Positions 13,057 to 13,233 of a stretch of 13,233 nucleotides of DNA are shown here, piece by piece. Under the pieces are notes generated by a model. That model ran no database searches. It was given only the letters and a program-made list of their open reading frames with translations, and was not told the DNA's origin. Each line of letters begins with the position of its first letter. Within the stretch, counting starts at the first letter, position 1. Position numbers and translations under genes: made by a program. The stretch lies in NCBI GenBank assembly GCA_043815885.1, contig JBDRIL010000021.1, positions 1 to 13,233 on the forward strand. The letters are read 5' to 3'. Origin of the DNA: an archaeon. Its GTDB lineage: Archaea > Iainarchaeota > Iainarchaeia > Iainarchaeales > 1-14-0-10-31-34.

Positions 13057-13233
13057 ATGTATATGCCTAAGAAAGATATTGCCTGGATTTGGGATACCTG
13101 CATTAAATTCATTTACACTGAAGAATACATTTCTGGATTAAATGAATTCCTGAAAGAAAACAATGCCAAAAGAATTCTTGACTGTTCCTGCGGAACAGGT
13201 TTTCCCGCAATTGAATTGAAGAAGTCAGGTTTC
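13057..13233 (+). CDS. Class I SAM-dependent methyltransferase, N-terminal part (runs off the window; alternative start at 13063)
   Basis: Manual translation MYMPKKDIAWIWDTCIKFIYTEEYISGLNEFLKENNAKRILDCSCGTGFPAIELKKSGF contains motif I (ILDxxCGTG). Confidence 0.88.
   Translation, partial: MYMPKKDIAWIWDTCIKFIYTEEYISGLNEFLKENNAKRILDCSCGTGFPAIELKKSGF

Overview
Compact, AT-rich archaeal chromosomal segment, most likely DPANN. This is inferred from archaeal DnaG, Hjc and Pth2, BRE/TATA promoters, GGTGA Shine-Dalgarno sites, a class III signal peptide pilin-LamG fusion and a tandem-duplicated Lrp/AsnC protein; the lineage cannot be proven without a search. Left to right: a secreted transglutaminase-like protein running off the left edge, a 61-aa basic ORF, tRNA-Val(TAC), a pilin-like LamG protein, a two-TM protein, dnaG, DUF167, hjc, a 47-aa ORF missing from the ORF track and a degenerate HD protein. 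Next come a minus-strand run (RbgA/YlqF-type GTPase, membrane-anchored Ig-like protein, two tandem paralogues) and a cobalamin-dependent methionine synthase-like gene without an activation domain. These are followed by pth2, a hypothetical gene, a tail-to-tail PIN + ribbon-helix-helix pair, a double Lrp/AsnC regulator and a divergent class I SAM methyltransferase running off the right edge. No integrase, transposase, CRISPR array or rRNA is visible. Best leads: twin tandem-GA hairpins 5' of the tRNA, the convergent toxin-antitoxin-like pair with a 10-bp-phased repeat, the motif-divergent MetH lying antisense between two translation genes, and tandem paralogues with a 42/43-nt identical core. 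None is demonstrated to be a new system; all are hypotheses needing database checks.
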